A stretch of DNA of 64,000 nucleotides from Squalus acanthias (lineage: Eukaryota): positions 148,554,001 to 148,618,000 of the forward strand of contig CM059431.1 in assembly GCA_030390025.1 (NCBI GenBank). The letters are read 5' to 3'. A program made the position numbers and the translations under genes. The notes below the pieces were generated by a model. That model did no database searches, was not told where the DNA came from, and saw nothing but the letters and a program-made list of their open reading frames with translations. Below are positions 60,470 through 64,000 of this stretch, piece after piece. Position 1 is the first letter of the stretch, and each line of letters begins with the position of its first letter.

Positions 60470-61868
60470 TGCTAAGAAAGAGCGCCTTTCACGAACTTGG
60501 GATATCCCAAAAGCACTTCACAGCCAACGAAGTACTTTTGAAGTGAAGTCAGTGTTATACTGTAGGAAACCAGGCATCCAGTTTGTGCACAGCAAGTTGC
60601 CACAAACAGCATTGCAATAACGACCAGGTCATCTGTTTTAGTGATGTTGATTGAGATAAATATTGGCCAGAACACTGGGGAAAACCCCGCTGGTCTTCTT
60701 CGAATGGTGCCCTCGGATCATTTACTTCCAGCTGAGAGAGAGCAGACATGGCTTTGGTTTAAAATCGCATCCGAAAGACGGCCTCTCCGACAAGACAGTA
60801 CTCCCTCAGTATTGCACTTCCGACAGGGCAGCGCTCCCTCAATAGTGCAACTCCGACAGTGCAGCGCCCGCTCAGTTTTTCCCCTTCGACAATACAGTTC
60901 CCCCTCAGTACTGACCATCCGAAAGTGCAGCGTTCCAACAGCACTGCCCCTCCGACAGTGCAGGGCTCCCTCAGTTCTGCACCTCCGAAAGTGCAGCGCT
61001 CACTCACTTTTGACCCTTCGACAATACAGTTCTCCCTCAATACTGTCCATTTGACAGTGCAGCGTTCCCTCAGCACTGCCCCTCCGACAGTGCAGCGGAC
61101 CCTCAGTACCTAACCTCCGACAGTGCAGCTCTCCCTCAGTACTGAACCTCCGGCAGTGTAGCGCTCCCTCAGTACTGAACCTCCGACAGTGCAGCGCTCG
61201 CTCAGTACTGACCCTCCGACAGTGCAGCACCCGCTCAGTACTGAACCTCCGACAGCGCACCCTTAGTACTGATCCTCCGACAGTGCAGCACTCGCTCCTT
61301 ACTGACCCTCCGACAGTGCAGCGCTCGATCCGTACTGACCCTCCGACAGTGCAGCGCTCCCTCAGTACTGCCTCTCCGGCAGTGTAGCGCTCCCTCAATA
61401 CTGAACCTCCGACAGTGCAGCGCTCGCTCAGTACTGACCCTCCGACAGTGCAGCGTTCGCTCAGTACTGAACATCCGACAGTGTCGCGCTCCCTCAGTAC
61501 TGACAGTCCGACACTGCAGCGCTCTCTCACTACTGACCCTCCGAGAGTGCAGCGCACCCTCAGTACTGAACCTCCGACCGTGTAGCGCTCCCTCAGTACT
61601 GACCCTCCGACAGTGCAGCGCTCGCTCAGTACTGACCCTGCGACAGTGCAGCGCTCGCTCAGTACTGATCCTCCGAGAGTGCAGTGGTCTCTCAGTACTG
61701 AGCCTCCGACAGTTCAGCGCACCCTTCTTACGGCCCCACTGACAATGCCGTGCTTCCTCAGTACTGCACGGGAGTTTGAGCCTCGATCTTTGGACAAACG
61801 TCGCTGGAATGGGATTTGAACCCACAACCTTCTGAGTCAGAAGCGAGTTTGCTACCTACTGAACCGAT
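60470..61868 (-). mobile_element. Deu-domain tRNA-SINE (SacSINE1/AmnSINE1-related) with internal 33-bp minisatellite expansion
   Basis: Head on minus with A/B boxes (GGTTCAGTAGGTAGC..GGTTCAAATCC, ~61810-61866); Deu-like body and tail at 60470-60785, matched to my recollection of the consensus; ~30 x 33-bp units at 60785-61770. Confidence 0.78.
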
Positions 61869-61874
61869 TGAATT

Positions 61875-62380
61875 TGCTTCCAGCTGCCTTTCAGAGAGCT
61901 CATTCCAGATTATCTCATTGCGTGATCGGGGTTCGTCCTTTTGGTAATGACAGGTCAGCCAGTGGAAACAGTTTCTCTTTACTTATTGTTTATAAACCCT
62001 CCACATTTTGAGCACTTGTATTCAATCTCCCCCTAGAATTCGCTGCTCCACGGCGAAGATTCCCTGCTTCTCCAGTTTCTCCACATAACTGAAATCCCAC
62101 ATCCCTGGTGTCATTAAAGATAAATTCTCTCCACACAAGCGCCCGACGATGACCACATCCAGCAAGAGATAATTTATACTTGACAGTCATTGGCATTGCA
62201 ATCACCAAACCCTCCACCATCAAAACCCGAGTGGTCGACATTGATCGGAAAATCAACTGGACCAGCCACATAAATGCCTTGGCTGCTACAGGCTGGATAT
62301 TCTGCGGTGAGAAACTCACCTCCTGAATCCCTAAAGCATCTCCAACACCTAGAAGTCAATAGTGTTATGGGTTACTATCT
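61875..62380. mobile_element. Old LINE fragments (CR1 on minus, L2-like on plus)
   Basis: Degenerate similarity to the other copies in the window. Confidence 0.55.
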
Positions 62381-62399
62381 GTAGACACCAAGTACATCA

Positions 62400-62850
62400 G
62401 CATCGTGTTTATGTTACTGGACCAGTAACCCAGAGACATGGAGTAATAAAGTATGAGACTTGAGTTCAATCCCACCTCGACAGCTGGGGAATTTAAAATC
62501 AGTTAATTAAATACATTTGGAATTAAAATCTAGTATCAGTAATGCAGATCATGAAACTACAGGATTGTCAGGGAAAAAGCCAACTGGTTCGATAACATTC
62601 TTTAAGGATGGAAACCTGCCATCCTTAGTTGGGCTGCACATATGCGGTAGAATCTTAATTGCACTCTGACACGGCCCTGCACTCTGAAATGGCCTAGCAA
62701 GACACTCAGTTGTACAAAAGTCAGACACTGGGCAGTATCTTCACCACAAGGACTGCAGCGGTTCAAGGTATTATTAGAGCACCACCTCCTCAAGGACAAT
62801 TAGTGATTGGCTGGAATTGCCAGCATTTCCAACATCCATGAATTAAACAT
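62400..62850 (+). mobile_element. tRNA-derived SINE, same family as 6108-6510
   Basis: GAGTTCAATCCC B-box; CTCTGAAATGGCCTAGCAAG..CACTCAGTTG core; LINE-type tail. Confidence 0.7.
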
Positions 62851-63049
62851 ATTAAAATTAATAGTCTGCAAAATAAGCAGCTTGAAAGGGGTCATATTCA
62901 GGACCAGATTAGAATTTGTGAACGAACATTATTGGTCCAATAATCTGTAAGGACAGATATGGGGGCCTAGAATTTCCGATAAAAAAAAGCTGTTATGTGC
63001 CGTCGCCCGAGAAGGAATTTTTCGGCCCTTTTGCTTATGTCATTTTTTT

Positions 63050-63365
63050 CTCTTTGAAAAGCCTGTGTAACTGGTCCTTTATCATTTAAAAACCTGTGAC
63101 ATTGGTCTTGTCTGTTTAAAAAGCCTGAGTGACTGGCCATGTCTCTTTGAAAAGCCTGTGTGACTGATTATGTCTCTTTAAAAGCCTGTGTTACTCGTGT
63201 TGATTCTTTCAAAGCCTGTGTGACTGGTCATGTCTCTTTATAAAGCCTGTCTGACTAGTGCTGGTTCTTTAAAAATCTGTGTGACTGGTTCTGTCTGTTT
63301 AATAATTCTGTATGGCTGATTATGTCATTAAAAAATCTGTGTGACTGGTCCTGTGTCTTTCAAAA
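63050..63365 (+). repeat. ~30-bp minisatellite (AAAAGCCTGTGTGACTGGTCATGTCTCTTT), ~10 units
   Basis: Direct periodicity. Confidence 0.9.
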
Positions 63366-64000
63366 GTATAGTAAACAGAGAGTAGGATAGCGATAGAATT
63401 CAAGAGGAAATAGATAGGCTTGTGGAATGGGCGGGCAGGTGGCAGATTAAATTTAACGCAAAAAAAAGCGAAGTGATACATCTTGGTAGAAAGAATGAGG
63501 AGAGGAAATATAAACTAAAGCATACAATCCTAAAGGGGATGCATGAACAGAGAGACCGACGGATTATATGTGCACAAATCATTAAAGTTGGCCGGACTGT
63601 TTGAGAGAGCAGTTAAAAAAGCTTACAGGATCCTGTGCTTCATGAATAGAGGTATAGAGTACAAAAGCGTGGAAATTATGATGAACCAGTATAAAACACT
63701 GGTTTGGCCTCAACTGGCTTATTGTGTTCAATTCTTTGCACCGCACTTCAGGATGGATGTGAAGACCTTTGCGAGGGTGCAGCAAATATTTACGAGAATG
63801 ATTCCAGGGATGGGGGACTTCAGGTACGTAGTTAGATTGGAGAAGCTGGCGTTGTTCTCCTTGGAGCAGAAAAGTTTGAGAGGAGATTTGATAGCGGTGT
63901 TCAAATCACAATGGGTCTGGACAGAACAGATAGAGATAAACTGTTCCCATTGGCAAATGGTCGAGGACCAGAGGACACAGATTTAAGGTGATTGGCAAAA
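63365..64000 (+). mobile_element. CR1 ORF2 C-terminal fragment
   Basis: EWAGRWQIKFNAKKSEVIHLG, YKTLVWPQLAYCVQF. Confidence 0.88.

Noticed and set aside
60641..61825. Cys/Arg-rich repeat ORFs (RRVSTERALHC)
   Set aside because: Artefact of the SINE-internal 33-bp repeat; not zinc fingers.
61800..61868. tRNA gene
   Set aside because: A/B boxes belong to a SINE head; no full cloverleaf.
62960..63027. Tiny element with MITE-like ends (GGCCTAGAATTT...AATTTTTCGGCCC)
   Set aside because: Too short and no clear TSD.

Overview
Eukaryotic, very repeat-rich window. The repeat families (esterase-ORF1 CR1 LINEs, a SacSINE1/Deu-type SINE, Penelope elements with hammerheads) suggest a cartilaginous fish such as a shark; this is inference. 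I recognise no host protein-coding gene. The highlight is a 9.0-kb minus-strand provirus (9416-18387) with 1.2-kb TGTA...TACA LTRs, a GTTC target-site duplication, a tRNA-Arg PBS and a PPT. Gag (coiled coil, CCHC knuckle, PSAP) and the protease N-half are present, but pol is reduced by deletions to a retroviral-type RNase H C-terminal motif and integrase flanks. Its decayed, probably spliced env has a signal peptide, an apparent immunoglobulin-like domain, then a furin-cleaved paramyxo/pneumovirus-F-like fusion ectodomain, which suggests a lokiretrovirus-like element. The provirus sits inside an unidentified decayed multi-ORF sequence containing an inverted duplication. The rest of the window holds nested CR1, L2-like, RTE and Penelope retroelements, three hammerhead-bearing Penelope termini, two Harbinger-like MITEs, a phased YY1-motif array, an ~11.5-kb 33-bp satellite with a ~2.04-kb higher-order repeat marked by a solo-LTR-like insert, and several SINE-derived minisatellites.
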